A stretch of DNA of 64,000 nt from Podarcis gaigeae. Lineage: Eukaryota. The notes beneath the pieces are model-generated. The model made no database searches. It was not told the origin of the DNA and was given only the letters and a program-made list of their open reading frames with translations. A program made the translations under genes and the position numbers. Shown here piece by piece: positions 13,801 to 38,377 of the stretch. The DNA lies in NCBI GenBank assembly GCA_964106915.2, contig OZ066929.1. One strand, written 5' to 3'. Each line of letters begins with the position of its first letter. Within the stretch, counting starts at the first letter, position 1.

Positions 13801-16012
13801 CTGGCAAAAAAAATTCTATTCTGCCTAGAAACAAGCAGAAGGTTCATAATATTTGGATTATTCCTTCAGAGCTGAGAAGCTGGCTTAAACTGGTTCTGTT
13901 ATATCTTTATGTAAAGGTCATGCCGACTATAATAATAAGGCCAAAAGGCACCTGGGCTTCACTTTCTATCTCTCCTTCTGGTGTGGTGTTCTGTATATAG
14001 CATGCTTAGTGTTAAGGTTTTTGTCTTATTATGTTTTGTAAGTTTAAGTTAAGTCTGTTGCAACTCAATTTCTTATGGACGGTGCCAATCCTGAATGTAT
14101 TGGATTTTTGACCATTATGCTCATTTGCCTTCAGTAGCAGTAAAGCTCTGCTGGATGAAATATTACCGTATTTTTCGCTCCATAAGACGCACCTAGTTTT
14201 AGAGGAGAACAAGAAAAAATATATTATCTCGCTCTCTGCTCAGCGCCTCTCCAGCAAAGCAGGAGGAGAAACGGAAGGGGCTCCGTTTCTCCTCCCGCTT
14301 CACTGAAGGGGCGCTGCGCACAGAGGGAAAGCTGCGCAGCACCTCTCCAGAGAAGTGAGGAGAGCAAGAGGGATTGGTGGGCACCAATCCCTCTTTCTGT
14401 TCTGGCTTCTGGGATATCTGCGCAGCCTGCATTCACTCCATAAGACGCACACACATTTCCCCTTACTTTTTAGGAGGGGAAAAGTGTGTCTTATAGAGCA
14501 AAAAATACAGTAATTGCTTCTGGTCTATTTTGGGGGGAATCCTGCAACATGTTTTAAGTTTTTACTCTGCTAACTATACGTTGGAATCTGCTCTGGATCA
14601 ATATGAGTAGAATTTTTGACAGAAAGATGGTACACTTTCTCCCTAATATGAAGTTCATAAACGATATTCCTTGGCAAGATAGCTCAGTTGGTTAGAGTGT
14701 GGTGCTGATAACGCCAAGGTTGCAGGTTCGATCCCTGTATGAGACAGCTGCTCTTCATTCCAGGCTCTGATCCTCAGAGTCCCTTCCAACTCTACAATAC
14801 TATGATTCTAAAACTGGCCAATTTATGCTAAGATAGAACTTCCCTGCTGTCCTTCCTTGGCACTAACTCCTTCAAGCACAGATGGGGAACCTGTGGCTCT
14901 CCAGATGTTGTTAGAGTCCATCTCCCACCAGTCGCAGGCAGCCAGGCCAATGGACAGGGACAATAGAAACGGTAATCCAACAACAATCTGAAAGGGGGCA
15001 GAAATATCCCATTCCTGCTTATAAAGAGAAGCCCCGTCCCTTCCTTCTCTATGGTTCTGCTGGGGTCAGGCTGCCGGACCTTTCCCTTCCTGCCATATCA
15101 TCAGTTGGTGGGGGACAGGAAGGGGAGGGTGCAGATAAGCTTCTCCTGACTCCCAAACCTTGACTGAAACAAGCACAGACTTCTGATCAGGGTAAGAAGC
15201 CACAAAGTAGTTGGTGGTGGAGAAGGATTGCTGCAACAGATGCAGCACTGGCAACACTGCAAAGCAGAAACGTCACTTGTTGACACATGCAAGTCCCACC
15301 TGGAACAATCAGGAAGCAGTCTCTTTTCCTTGCCCCACTGAATGTCTTTGTTCTGCTTTTCCATTTCCCGGATTTTCCACATTTCCGACTCTTCTTGAAT
15401 CTGAGGTACATAAAGAAATATATCAGTTTAAGAAAGTACCCACCAAATTGCTGCATTTCTACAGGAATGACCCCATTGGTAGGAGGAGGAACTACCAGCA
15501 ATGCACCCCCCACAACACCCCACTAGGCTTTTATTATCAGGTCAGAGGAGCAGTCTTGTACCCCAATGCCAGCTTTTTCTGTCCCCTCTCCCCCCAGAAA
15601 TACCTGGAGGGAAAAATGAGATAGAGCTGTGTCTGTTGTTGTTATTTAAATTTGTATACTGCCCTGTACCCACAGGACTAGCACAGTTTCTAGGGCTAGC
15701 ATAGTTTAATTGTTGTTTTTAGTGGCACTTCAGGGACTGCGAAGCCTACATATCCTTTCTGAAGGCCATGGATCCTACTGAGAGTTGGAGCTCTGACATC
15801 AGTTGGACCAGGGCCACAGAAGCTGCTGCAGTGAAATGGAAGGGGAATCTGACACCAGCACTTCCTCCACCCTCAAAGATGGAGCTAGGCTATATCCTAC
15901 ATCCCAAGAGATGTTTTGGGCTACAAAACACACGTCTCAATACCTTGTTATGTGCATCAGTGTGACGGATGACATTTCGCAGGAGGACTTTCCCCAAGGG
16001 GACACGGGACAT
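10836..16012 (-). CDS. NKAPD1: NKAP domain-containing protein 1 (C11orf57 ortholog), ~298 aa
   Basis: Coding exons 15944-16012 ([23 protein letters not shown]), 15300-15400 ([16 protein letters not shown]...), 13101-13256/13259 ([11 protein letters not shown]...[10 protein letters not shown]), 12612-12665 ([18 protein letters not shown]), 10836-11352 (K/S-rich tail ending [17 protein letters not shown]). 897 nt in frame. AATAAA on minus strand at 10482-10487. Confidence 0.93.
12062..12439 (-). mobile_element. 5'-truncated L1/Tx1-like LINE with 18-bp target-site duplication
   Basis: Exact direct repeats ttagaagcagagatttct at 12044-12061 and 12440-12457. Minus strand begins [23 protein letters not shown] (resembles an L1 ORF2 C-terminus), followed by an AT-rich 3'UTR with (TTTG)n. 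Confidence 0.75.
14166..14510. mobile_element. Tc1/mariner-superfamily MITE (CCGTATTTT TIR)
   Basis: TA-CCGTATTTTTCGCTCCATAAGACGCAC ... GTGTGTCTTATAGAGCAAAAAATACAG-TA. Confidence 0.8.
14673..14810 (+). mobile_element. tRNA-Ile-derived SINE with CR1-type tail
   Basis: Head tagctcagttggttagagtgtggtgctgataacgccaaggttgcaggttcgatccc (A and B boxes). Tail gtcccttccaactctacaatactatgattcta. Confidence 0.75.
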
Positions 16013-16322
16013 CCTTTAACCTTAAAAGCAGACAATAAACAAAACACAGTATAAGCAATAAACGACAAGTATATAATATACCTTCTCAAAACTCTGAAAG
16101 CCTCCTCAATGGCTGTTTATAACAGAGCCTTATCACAGACATCGTAACTGCTGATGCAGTTAAGAGTGAATGCAGGGAGGCTTTTTTCCCTTATGCAGAA
16201 CCTTCTGTGGGCCTCATCCCAGTCATGGACCAGGTCAGAGGCAGAGATGAGCAAAGCAATGAATGTGACTGTCAATTTTGTACAAGAGGCTACATTTCAC
16301 CCACATAAAATCCATGCATTTA

Positions 16323-16675
16323 CAGTGAGGGGGGGAAGTATTTGATCCCCTGCTTAATTTGCCCGTTTGCCCTCTGACGAAGAAATGACCAGTTCATAAT
16401 TTTAATAGTATGTTTAGTGTAGCTTTGAGAGACAGAATAACAACAGGAACCCCCCCCCCCGAAACCCAGAAGACAAAAGTCAGAGAGTGAAATAAGTATT
16501 TGATCCCCTATCAACCAGTCAGATGTCAGGCTACCTGGTATCTTCACTGTATGTAATGAACTGATATTAGAAGAACCTGCTGTAAGGGAGAGGTCTTGCC
16601 TGTAATCCCAGCTTGTTACAGTACCTGTACAAAAGACACCTGTTGACAGAAGCAATCAATCCAGCAGATTCCAAA
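16323..16675 (+). mobile_element. Tc1 (IR/DR type) left end: TIR + 5'UTR
   Basis: TA-CAGTG terminus. Internal direct repeat aagtatttgatcccct at 16336-16351 and 16494-16509. Reverse-complement homolog at 20754-21163. Confidence 0.8.
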
Positions 16676-17499
16676 TAAAGGCATATTTCTCTTCCCTAGG
16701 AACTCCTTATACCAATGTAAATTCTCAAGCTCCCAGGAACCTACTTGTGTCAAACGCAACAGCTAGCAGTTTGGAGGTAGGGGGTAGAGAGAAAGGTGGC
16801 TATATATTTAGAATAAATTGTGCATTTGATAACAAAATGCAAATAAGAGCAAGGTTTATGAAGCTGGTTCTTTGAATCCACTGCATGACTTTTTTTTTAG
16901 CAAGGGACCACTGGTGTGGACCATTCTCCTCACATGCTTTGGGACCACTTCTGTCCTCTGAAATGCTCTTGGGTATTCCAGACAACTTGGTGCAAATCAT
17001 TTACCCAATTCTAGAGTCATACCCATAAATCAGAAATGCAAAACAGCTCCCATTATCCTTGACCACCCAAGTTTCTTAACAGCTGTAGAGATTTTTCACC
17101 CATGATTTGCAACTACAAAAGAAATGGGCCATGATTATTTCAGATTAATGATTATTACAGATCAACTAACTAGCCCAAAGAAGGATCTGATCTTGAGGTC
17201 GTGCAGGGCGCAGCTGCTGCGATTTTCTTCCAAGTCGACGCTGCTTCTCCAGCTTTGCTAATGGGCGCTTGCAAGGCGGGCACGACGCGCCGCCCAGCCC
17301 AGGCGTCACTCAGCCGGCCCGGGTTCAAATTCCCGCTCAGGAAGCACGAAGCTCATACTGGGTCAGGCATCGTGTCTGAACCTGGCCTACCTCACGGGGT
17401 TGTTGTGAGGACAAAAGAGGATGAGCGGAGGGAGGGAACCACGAATGTCCGCCGCCCCGAGAGACCTGGACAGGAATAGAATAGAGCGAGCATCCCCCT

Positions 17500-17840
17500 T
17501 ACCTACTTAGCGAGCCTTGCCAGCCCACGAGTCACAGCCGAGCACCCATTCACACGTTCCTTCACCACCCGTGTCCCGAGTTTTCCCTCCTAAGGAAATC
17601 TCTTATTTATTCCTTTTTGTCCCCCGCTTCCTTCCGGGGACCTCGACCACGCAAGCGGCAGACTCCCGAGCTGATGATTCGTCAGGCCTCGGAACCCGGA
17701 AGGCGTGGGGCGAGGAGAGCCGGGGGAAGAGGGAGAGAACGCCTCGCTTCCGCTTCCGGCGGAGGCCACTTTCTCCTTCCGGCGGTTGCTAGAGAGACGG
17801 CTTGGGTCTTCGCGGGCGGGCGCGGACCGGCTGGGTAGGT
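17500..17840. promoter_or_regulatory. CpG-island bidirectional promoter and non-coding first exons of NKAPD1/PIH1D2
   Basis: CpG-rich island with clustered ETS cores (cccggaag, cttccgcttccggc, cttccggcgg). Candidate minus-strand donor AG|gtaagg at 17503/17502 and plus-strand donor TGG|gtaggt at 17834/17835. Confidence 0.7.
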
Positions 17841-18135
17841 TGCTCGTGGCCTCCGCAAGGGAGTCTCAGCGCAAAAAAACACCAAAAATGATTTGTACAT
17901 TATTAGCTCTCTTGTCGTTGTTGATATTTCTCTGGCATCCCTTTTTTTACACGTGTAAGATGCCTTTCCCTCCCATTCTTCGGCTTGCGAGTAAGCCCCG
18001 TTTAAGACTAAATCAGCGGGATTTACTCTTGAGTAGTCACGGCCACGAATCAGGGCCGCTCGTTCGTTTTTCTCCTGGGTAGCGGGGAAACAAGTGCGTG
18101 TTTGGCACCTGAATCAGGCACCCAACAATATTTAT

Positions 18136-18721
18136 AGCCCAATCCTATGTATGTTCTACTGTGAAGTCAGCGCCCGATTTAAATTGAATTCTCAGGTCGT
18201 TAGATATAGGATTGCAGCCTTATGAGAGCAATCCTTTGCCATGTCTGCTCAGGAAAATGTTCCGTTGTGTTCTGTAATATTTATTCCTCACGGTAAGTGG
18301 AAGTCTTAGCCCTTTTATATTGCTTTCCAAAGTATCAATCCTGGGCATGTCTATTCAGAAGCAAGTCAGATTGAATGTGGTAGGTGTATACTGGATCGAG
18401 GCCTCACGGGCACTGTCTCAGTCACTCTTAAATTTAATGAAATGGTTTTGGGTGCATTTTTTAGCTTTGCAGATTTTACTACTGAGTTTTTATTGCTTTA
18501 CATTTTGGAACTTGCCCTGCAAAGGTATAAATATATAAAATAAAACAAACAGCCCTACAAAGTAGGCCAGTATAATTACCCCTTATGACAGGGAGTGCAG
18601 AGAGAAAACAGGTTTGCTTAAAGCCATTTACAGAACAATCCCATGAATGTTTACTCAGATGTTGTTCTACTGTGTTTGATGGGATTTGATTCCAAGGCAT
18701 GTTTGGATAGGATTGCAGTCT
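18136..18721. repeat. Cluster of four short (~70-90 bp) degenerate palindromic elements
   Basis: caatcc...catgt.tact.ag...ggattgcagcc-type units at ~18136-18220, 18224-18313, 18334-18403 and 18633-18721. Confidence 0.5.
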
Positions 18722-19270
18722 TAGGAAGCGCATAGCATAGAATATCTAAACTTGGGACTTCCCTTTTAAGCTACTTTGTCACATCGTCTTTAAACAGGCG
18801 CAGCTTTGTTCATCACATTGGTTTGGAAAAGCTGCACCTGTTGCATTCATGCCTGCCAAGCAACTGTTTTAAAGTAGCTTTCCCCAAGTTAGTGTTTTCC
18901 TGATGCCTTGGATTACAAATCCCATCTGCCCCAGCCTTCCTGTAGCCCCAAATCTCTGAAGAGCCCTGTGTTGGGGTAAGAGAGAGATCCTGCCACCACA
19001 CAAGGCAGCAAGGCAAGTCCTGTAGGACTAGCTCATTGATTTTCCCAATTCTTTAGAGAAGGAATGGAGGCTAGTGTTGAAAGAGGGTTTTCTAGGAACT
19101 CTCCAAGGACAGCCACAATGAATAATTTCTCCCCGTATAGATTTTACTGCCAGAGAAAAGAGCACAATAAGGCCCTGGAAGCACCTGCTGAACTTCACAG
19201 TTCTGTTCCCACAGTCTTCTCCGACTCTCTTCTTGTGTTGCTGCAGCCGCCCACTATTGAAGAGACAATC

Positions 19271-21781
19271 ATGGAGGCTCTTTGTCATTCTGAGGATATG
19301 CTGGCAAAAGCGAACCAACTCTGGACGATGCTTGATGACATGGCTGAGAGCAATCCTGAAAGTTACCACCAGTTCATGCAGCAGCAACTCAAAGACGCAA
19401 AGCAACATTATGCTCCTGCAGAACCATACATGTGCCTGAAGACCTGCATCTTGGTATGTTGCAAGACACCTGCACAGCAAGAAGGAATCTCAAACATCAA
19501 AATGTGCCTCCAATTTCACCAAACCTTTACTCAACTAGCCAGGCAGATACAATAGGCATGTGTGCATTTGATTTGCATTCTATATTTGTTCTATTGCTTC
19601 TCCCTAAGTATTGATTTCTTATTTATTTAGAAAACAACATGGATGGAAGGTAACAGGTGCAATTATCTTTTCAGTTAATCCAAAAACACTGGACTGTATC
19701 CAAGACCAGAAATACCAGAGAATGCAAACCAGAGTTTGACCGTGTTCCTATTCCAGTTCATGCCTGCATGATGTAGTAATAAACCACCCTCCTTTATTAA
19801 TTAACTGGTTTTGGATTCTTTTTCCAGGATCCTACTGAAAAATCATTGTTCGTTAACCTCTGCAGGTGGAATCAGGTTCCAGCACCCCAATCACCATCTG
19901 ACCCAGTGCCATTGAAGGCTGGCAAAATGGAGGAGGTATCTGAGAAATCAGGTCAGCTTTGCTCCTTGCAGGTTTAGCTTGCTGTGTAGCACAGTACTCA
20001 TTTCTATAGGTCTATTTTAGCCCCTTATATCCCAGCCCATCTTCTCTCTCCAAATGGGTGGGGTGAAGATGACAGAAATGTACATTATAAACCAATAAGC
20101 CTTAGCTGAAAGAGTAGGAAAATAACAGCCAAAAGAGCAAATTAAGTGTAATCTCACAATTTGACAATATAATATACAATATAATGTATATGATAAAACA
20201 ATAATTACTTTTTCTTCTTCTAGAGTTTTATACTATCCTTGATATTGCATACAACCAATCTGTTATTGAGAAGGGAAAGGATGACCCAACAATGAAGGAC
20301 CAATTGATACGTCTATCACTTAAGTATATTGAGGAGCAATACAACATCATTCTGTCAAACTCCTATACTATTACAAAATTTAAACTGAAGGGAAGCCTGG
20401 CAAGGATGAGACGGAGCTTAAGGAGAGAGCAAGCAGCAGTGGCTTTGTCCCAAAAGACCTTGCAGAAAGGTAGGTACCCTCCCAAGTCATTACCAGGAGT
20501 GAAACATGATGGGATATAATGAAACTTCTCACACCACTCTTTAGGATGCAAGTTATAACCCACATTAAGAGGCACTTGCAGAAGTGTACTTGGTTTCAGC
20601 ATGCCTCAGTATATTCTTGTTTTATGAATTTAAGATGAACAGTAGGAGCTGAAATATTTTATCAATTGTAAAATGAAGAGATTAAAAAACTTTTGAGTAC
20701 ACTAAATGGAACCTTCCCTTAAATTTGAGTTTTTATGTGAGTATTTATACAAACTTGGACAGCTCTTCGGTCTTGGTCTTGGTCTTGGTCTTGGTGGCTA
20801 CTTTGGAATCTGCTGGATTGATTGCTTCTGTCGACAGGTGTCTTTTGTACAGGTACTGTAACGAGCTGGGATTAAAGGTAAAACCTCTCCCTTACAGCAG
20901 GTGCTTCTAATCTCAGCTCATTACATACAGTAAGATACCAGGTAGCCTGACATCTGGCTGGTTGATAGGGGGTCAAATACATATTTCACTCATTATAACA
21001 CACATCAATCTCTGACTTTTGTCTTCTGGGTTTCTTGGGGTTTTCCTGTTGTTATTCTATCTCTCACAGCTACAATAAACCTACCATTAAAATGGTCATT
21101 TCTTCGTCAGAGGGCAAACGGGCAAATTTAGCAGGGGATCAAATACTCCCCCCCCCCTCACTGTAGAACATATAACTGATACTTCTGTAGCTATGTGATC
21201 CATTAAAGTATTTTTTAAATTCCCATGTCTAAAAATCACCTTGGAAAGAAGTGACACTTGACCAACTGAGAAACATCATAACAAAGGAAGATAGCAGTGA
21301 CCTTACTTTGCTAATGGAGAACACGGTGCCCTCTAAAACATGCCTCATTGAAGAGATTTCCACTACAGAGCAACCAGAAGAATTGTGCACCCCAGCCTAT
21401 GAAATCACCATCATAAAAGATATGAATGAGAAGCCTCTGAAGATTGAACTGAAAGTTGAATTGCCAGAGGTACACTGTGTCTCTGAGTGTGACCTAAGCG
21501 TTTCTGAGGTACGTTTGTTATGAATGACACTCAATTCTGGCTGCTGCCCTTCGGACAGCCCTATGTTCATCTCTCACGCCTCACCTGTAGCAATCACATG
21601 TACTTCATTTACAAAGAAACTTCTTTTTCGATTTTAGGATGATGTATTGATTGAATGCCCTGCAAAGTATAAATTACACTTGGATCTTCCACAGTCTGTG
21701 AATGAAGAAGCAACAACAGCAGCATTTCACAGCCAGAAAAGGGTCTTACTTATCACAATGCCGGTGTCTGAAAAGAAGTGA
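19271..21781 (+). CDS. PIH1D2: PIH1 domain-containing protein 2 (318 aa)
   Basis: Coding exons 19271-19453 (MEALCHSEDMLAKANQLWTMLDDMAESNPESY...), 19828-19951 (DPTEKSLFVNLCRWNQVPAP...), 20224-20469 (FYTILDIAYN...KFKLKGS), 21249-21508 (CLIEEISTTE...KIELKVELP...CDLSVSE), 21638-21781 (DDVLIECPAKYKLHLDLP...LLITMPVSEKK*). 957 nt in frame. AATAAA at 22161-22166. Confidence 0.93.
20754..21163 (-). mobile_element. Tc1 (IR/DR type) left end with remnant of transposase start
   Basis: CACTG-TA terminus. Inverted homolog of 16323-16675, extending into (accaag)n-accgaagagctgtccaag, which reads KTKTKTEELSK like a Tc1 transposase N-terminus. Confidence 0.8.
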
Positions 21782-22465
21782 TGTTAGCAGATTTGTCATG
21801 GCATGTGGGCTTGGGCGTTTGGGTTTAAGTAATGCCCACTCAGCACTTCCAAACACTTTGCATAGGATAATATTAAAGTCTACTGGCTGCTTGCCTGCAT
21901 TTCACACATTGGATCATTAGAGCAGGCATCCCAGCTGCCCTTTGGACAGATGCAGAGCTGAGTAATGCTAACTGGAGATAAGATATGTTTCTAAGTACAG
22001 AACTGAAACTCAACTCTAATGGAGAATGTTCCAATGCTTACTTTATCAGTCATAGAGTTTCTACTGTATTGTGCAAACTGTAACGGCTCAACAACTACAT
22101 GAAAATCTTATAAAAGCAGTTGTAAAGTTTACATTTGCATTGATCTCTCAATTAACGAACAATAAAAGATAACACATTCTACCACTTCCAGTGGTGTCTA
22201 GGTTTGAACTGTGTCCCAACACCTATTCACAAGAACTCAGCTCAAGGGTGCAAACTTAAATACAGTACAGGTTTTTCCCTGGCACTATTTAAAGACCATG
22301 TGGTTGATGGGAGATTCATTTTGAACACAGGACAAACAGGACTTAGCTTACCAGTTGTGGATTTCTTGAATCTTAAAGGTTAGATTACTCTTTGTAACTG
22401 AAGCAAGAGTTCCTGGCTCAAAGGCTGTCCATGCTGTTTCTCAGCTACAGCAGCAGCAAATATAC

Positions 22466-22610
22466 TAGAATTGTGGAATTGTAGAATTGGAAGGGGCCAC
22501 AAGGGTCATTTATTCCAATTCCCTGTAATGCAGGAATCTTTCACCCAACATGGGGCTCAAACCCACAACCCTGGAATTAAAAGTCTCATGCTCCACAGAC
22601 TGAGCTAGTC
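22466..22610 (-). mobile_element. tRNA-Lys-derived SINE with CR1-type tail
   Basis: Minus strand: tagctcagtctgtggagcatgagacttttaattccagggttgtgggtttgagccccatgttggg...ccccttccaattctacaattccacaattcta. Confidence 0.7.
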
Positions 22611-24738
22611 AACCTCATACCGTAGCATCAAAGAAGAAAAATAGAAGCTAGCCATTCCCTACTTATAAAATAGTAAAATAAAAAAAAACAGTAAAATAAG
22701 TCAACTTTTGGATTATTACAATGAAACAAACACAAAAGTTTCAAGGCTTTAGTTAAGTTAGATTCTAAAAATAACTGAAGAACATTTAGAGCAGTTACGG
22801 AGTTAGTAGGCACAAGCTATCCATACTTCAAGTGACAAATCTCTTGTGACTCCCAGCCCCTGAGTGGCACAAGTTAAGATTCATGTTTCACTGATTCAAA
22901 TACTGAGGCAAGCTCAGCAATCCTTCTTACCAGTAGGGTCAGTTCCACACATACCATAATACCCTCAGCAAACAATGAAGCACCAGGGACAAGGAAAAGC
23001 CATCTAATAAATTTTAAACATTTAATGCAACACAACTGGCCTAACTGGCCAGACGGGAACTGAGTTAGGACGTTTTAAGTGCAACTTGCTTCTTACCAAA
23101 ACAGTAAAAGATTTTATGCAAAACAGCAACTAAATTAACAAAATATTAGATGGGTCTCAGAAAAATATTTAATCTCCACAGTATAACCACCTTGAATATT
23201 CTTTTAGTGGATTTGGTAGCACAACTTTACAATACTTAATGCAATGCATATCGTACAGAATAATTTTGGGTATATTTATTAATGGTATACTTGGCTCTCC
23301 AGGTCACGTCACTTGGCTATTACATGATCCTCCTTTGTAAATTAACATTTTCTTTGGAAAGCAAACACAGGAGTGTTTTCCACTAGAGAATCCTTCCCTT
23401 TGTGGACACAATCTTAAATGCAAATGGGCACAATTTCAAAAGAAAACTATTCCAAGCAATTTAAATTTTTACACTATTTACATGACCAAATAAATTCTGC
23501 CACTTTCCCAAGGCTGGGATTGGCAAAAGACAAAGTTGTTACAGAACTCACCCCAATTCAGAGAAATATAGTTGCACCTATTTTGAAATGAATAGGACTT
23601 CTTCAATAGTCATGACTAACCTGTCCCATTGATTTTAATGGAACTTAAGCAAAACTCATTTACTCTGAATTATGGCCAGTGGTCACAAGCCACTCAGGTT
23701 ATCTTTTCTGCACAATCTTTTTTTATATGAAGGAAGACAGTGACCTCACATTCATTTCAATGACAGGACAAGTCCCATTTGGATTGCACCTAGTCCCAAC
23801 ACCTCTCAGAGCTTCCTAGGGTCAACAATGTGGAAGGGGGGAGGGAACCCTAAAGTCAGCATCCAGATGTTCAGACCACATTGGTTTATGTTTATCAGCC
23901 CCTAATGAATTTCATCATTTCCCTGAACGATGACTCCTGCTTCAAGTGAAGCAGCATTCACTAAACTAGAGGGGGGGGGGGAGCAGTCTCTTAAAATGAA
24001 AGATTTAATGCCAAAAAAGATGAAAAGTTCATAAAATGCACTAGAAAGAACATATATGGTCAGCATTATTTCAAAAAAGAAATGTCGCCATACAATGTGG
24101 GGAGTCTGATTGGAGTTCTTGAGTTAAAGTGCTCTCAAAGAATTCATGTGGCTTTAAAATCTGAGTAACTGCTGAACTCTAGAAAAAAGCTGGCATGTGG
24201 ACCATTAGGGAACCCTGTTCTCTTCCATCCTTCAGGACAGCCTGCTAATCTAAAAGGACAGGAGGACAGAATGCACAAGCTCCCTGTCTTTGCTAGTAAG
24301 GGGATTTCAGCCACCAGATAGTTCAACTTGTGTTTTTGTTTTTCTTTGCTTTTACAGTCTTGGTTCCTCTGTTTTTGGGAACACAGAATGAGTCATCAGG
24401 TTGCTGGGTGGGCCTGTGTTCCCTTGATCAGAAGCACGAGCTCCTCCACATGATTTCAATCACTTTGGGCTATTTAGGAGGGGGAAAAGTTTGCAAATTC
24501 ATTTCCCTGTATAAAATACAGTATAACCGAACCAGGCTCCAGAAAGCCTATGCAAACCATTTTAATATGTACAACTGGTAATAAAAATTACCAGCAACCA
24601 TATATATATATTTAGATAAGACTTTTTTTAAAAAATAAAGAAGGGAACATTTGTTTAAAAGTCTAAACACTAGATATATAAATAGCTTCTTTAGAATGAA
24701 GTGATGTGACCTAAGAAAGTCCTGGTGGCCTGAAGGGA

Positions 24739-37033
<12,295 letters not shown>

Positions 37034-37350
37034 CCCGCCTCGCCTCCCCTTCCCCCTCCCTCAAGAGGAAAAAAAGGAGGAGGCCCCGGCCTCCCCTGAG
37101 TCTGTCAGGCAGCGGCGGCCGAGAGAGAAGCGAGTGACCTCCCTCAGACTCCCCGGAGCGGGCAGCGCCGTAAGGCACGGGAGGAGGAGGGCGCGCGACA
37201 CTGTCGCAAAAGGAACCGGGAGGCGGGAGGGCGGGCGAGGAAAGGAACCGTCAAGCGCGTCAAGTATGGGCGGGGCTGCCTCCCAACCGTGGCCTGAGGT
37301 TACCTTTCGGCGTCGCGAGAGGCTGCGCGCGCAGCCTGCCTGAGCCACTG
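37034..37350 (-). promoter_or_regulatory. DLAT CpG-island promoter/5'UTR
   Basis: GC/CpG-rich stretch upstream of the DLAT ATG, with GC boxes (gggcggg) and an NRF1-like palindrome ctgcgcgcgcag at 37323-37334. Confidence 0.65.
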
Positions 37351-37607
37351 GCGAATGAATGAACGAGTGGATGGAATTCTTACACCAAGGTATGCTGCCC
37401 CGAGGAATCCCCGTAACCTTTTACCTACACACAAGCACGATGTGCTGAAAGCTCTTCTGTCTTTCTGTGAACTGTGCTCCTTTACTTGGCAAGAGACAGT
37501 CCTGGCTAAAGACAGCCTCTGAACAAGGTGTTCTGGCAGACTACAACTGTTTCCCCTTTTGAAGCGGAAAGGTGCTTAATCTCTCAATGGATCTGGCTGA
37601 ATTTACT

Positions 37608-37700
37608 ATAGAATGAGGTGGGCATGCACACGAAAGCTCATACCAATAACTACGTAACTTAGTTGGTCTCTTAAGGTGCTACTGGAAGGAATTATTTTAT
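37608..37700. mobile_element. Penelope-like element fragment
   Basis: cacgaaagctcatacc...ttagttggtctcttaaggtgctactgga resembles sauropsid Penelope termini (from recall; no search run). Confidence 0.45.
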
Positions 37701-38371
37701 TTTACCACAGAATAGTTGCAGGTTAAAAAAAATACCCGATTTAAAAAGTTGCTGATTAGTGGGTGTGCTGGGTTTTAGCTGCCAAAAGGATTAAAGAAGC
37801 TGGTGACTGGAGGGTGGAGGCTTTAGCAGGTGGTTTAAGATCATACCTGATGCTGGCTGCATGTGTGTGTGCGCGATGAGAGGTACAAGCCTTGGGGCAT
37901 TTTCTTCTTCCAAAGACAGCTGCTTCAACACACATCAAATACTACTAGTACAATGCTGCCAGTTCCTTGGATTCGCTGACACATCTGAGAAAGCAGCTGT
38001 AACTCACACCCACTACTAAGCACTTTGTAGCAGGCAGGTTTTCCTTTCACTATTTCTTGCTGAAGAATGAAGCAGGTTGCTTGGGCTGGCACAGATGCTT
38101 GGGATTTAAATTGCAGTTCCTCCCTTTGCCAAACAAATCAGGATGGAGGAAATGGCCTCTGTTTCCTTAGTTGGTTGACTTCTCACACCAGTCCCAGGCA
38201 GCAGCACCTCCTATGGCAGCCTCAGAGCTTCCACAAGTACAGTACACATCTGTTGACGTACAGGAAGCATGTCTTATGTGATGTTCAGTGCACCTAGTAA
38301 GCTTCTCACCATCCCCCCCCCCCCTCGCTGCATACAAAAAATGCAAATCAGACCTGGGTTTGCGAACTCTC

Positions 38372-38377
38372 TTTATT
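38372..38377 (-). terminator. Likely DIXDC1 polyadenylation signal (implies ~3.8 kb 3'UTR)
   Basis: AATAAA on the minus strand next to an AU-rich block, between the DIXDC1 stop and the DLAT promoter. Confidence 0.45.

Noticed and set aside
14673-14745. Apparent tRNA-Ile(GAT) gene
   Set aside because: The acceptor stem is degenerate and it runs into a CR1-type tail, so it is a SINE head and not a functional tRNA.
19064-19270. In-frame N-terminal extension of PIH1D2 (ORF 19064-19555)
   Set aside because: A strong acceptor (tgttgctgcag) precedes 19247 and homology starts at ATG 19271. The extension is probably intronic.
20470-21248. Possible U12-type intron in PIH1D2
   Set aside because: The donor is gtaggt rather than gtatcctt, and there is no clear TCCTTAAC branch site.
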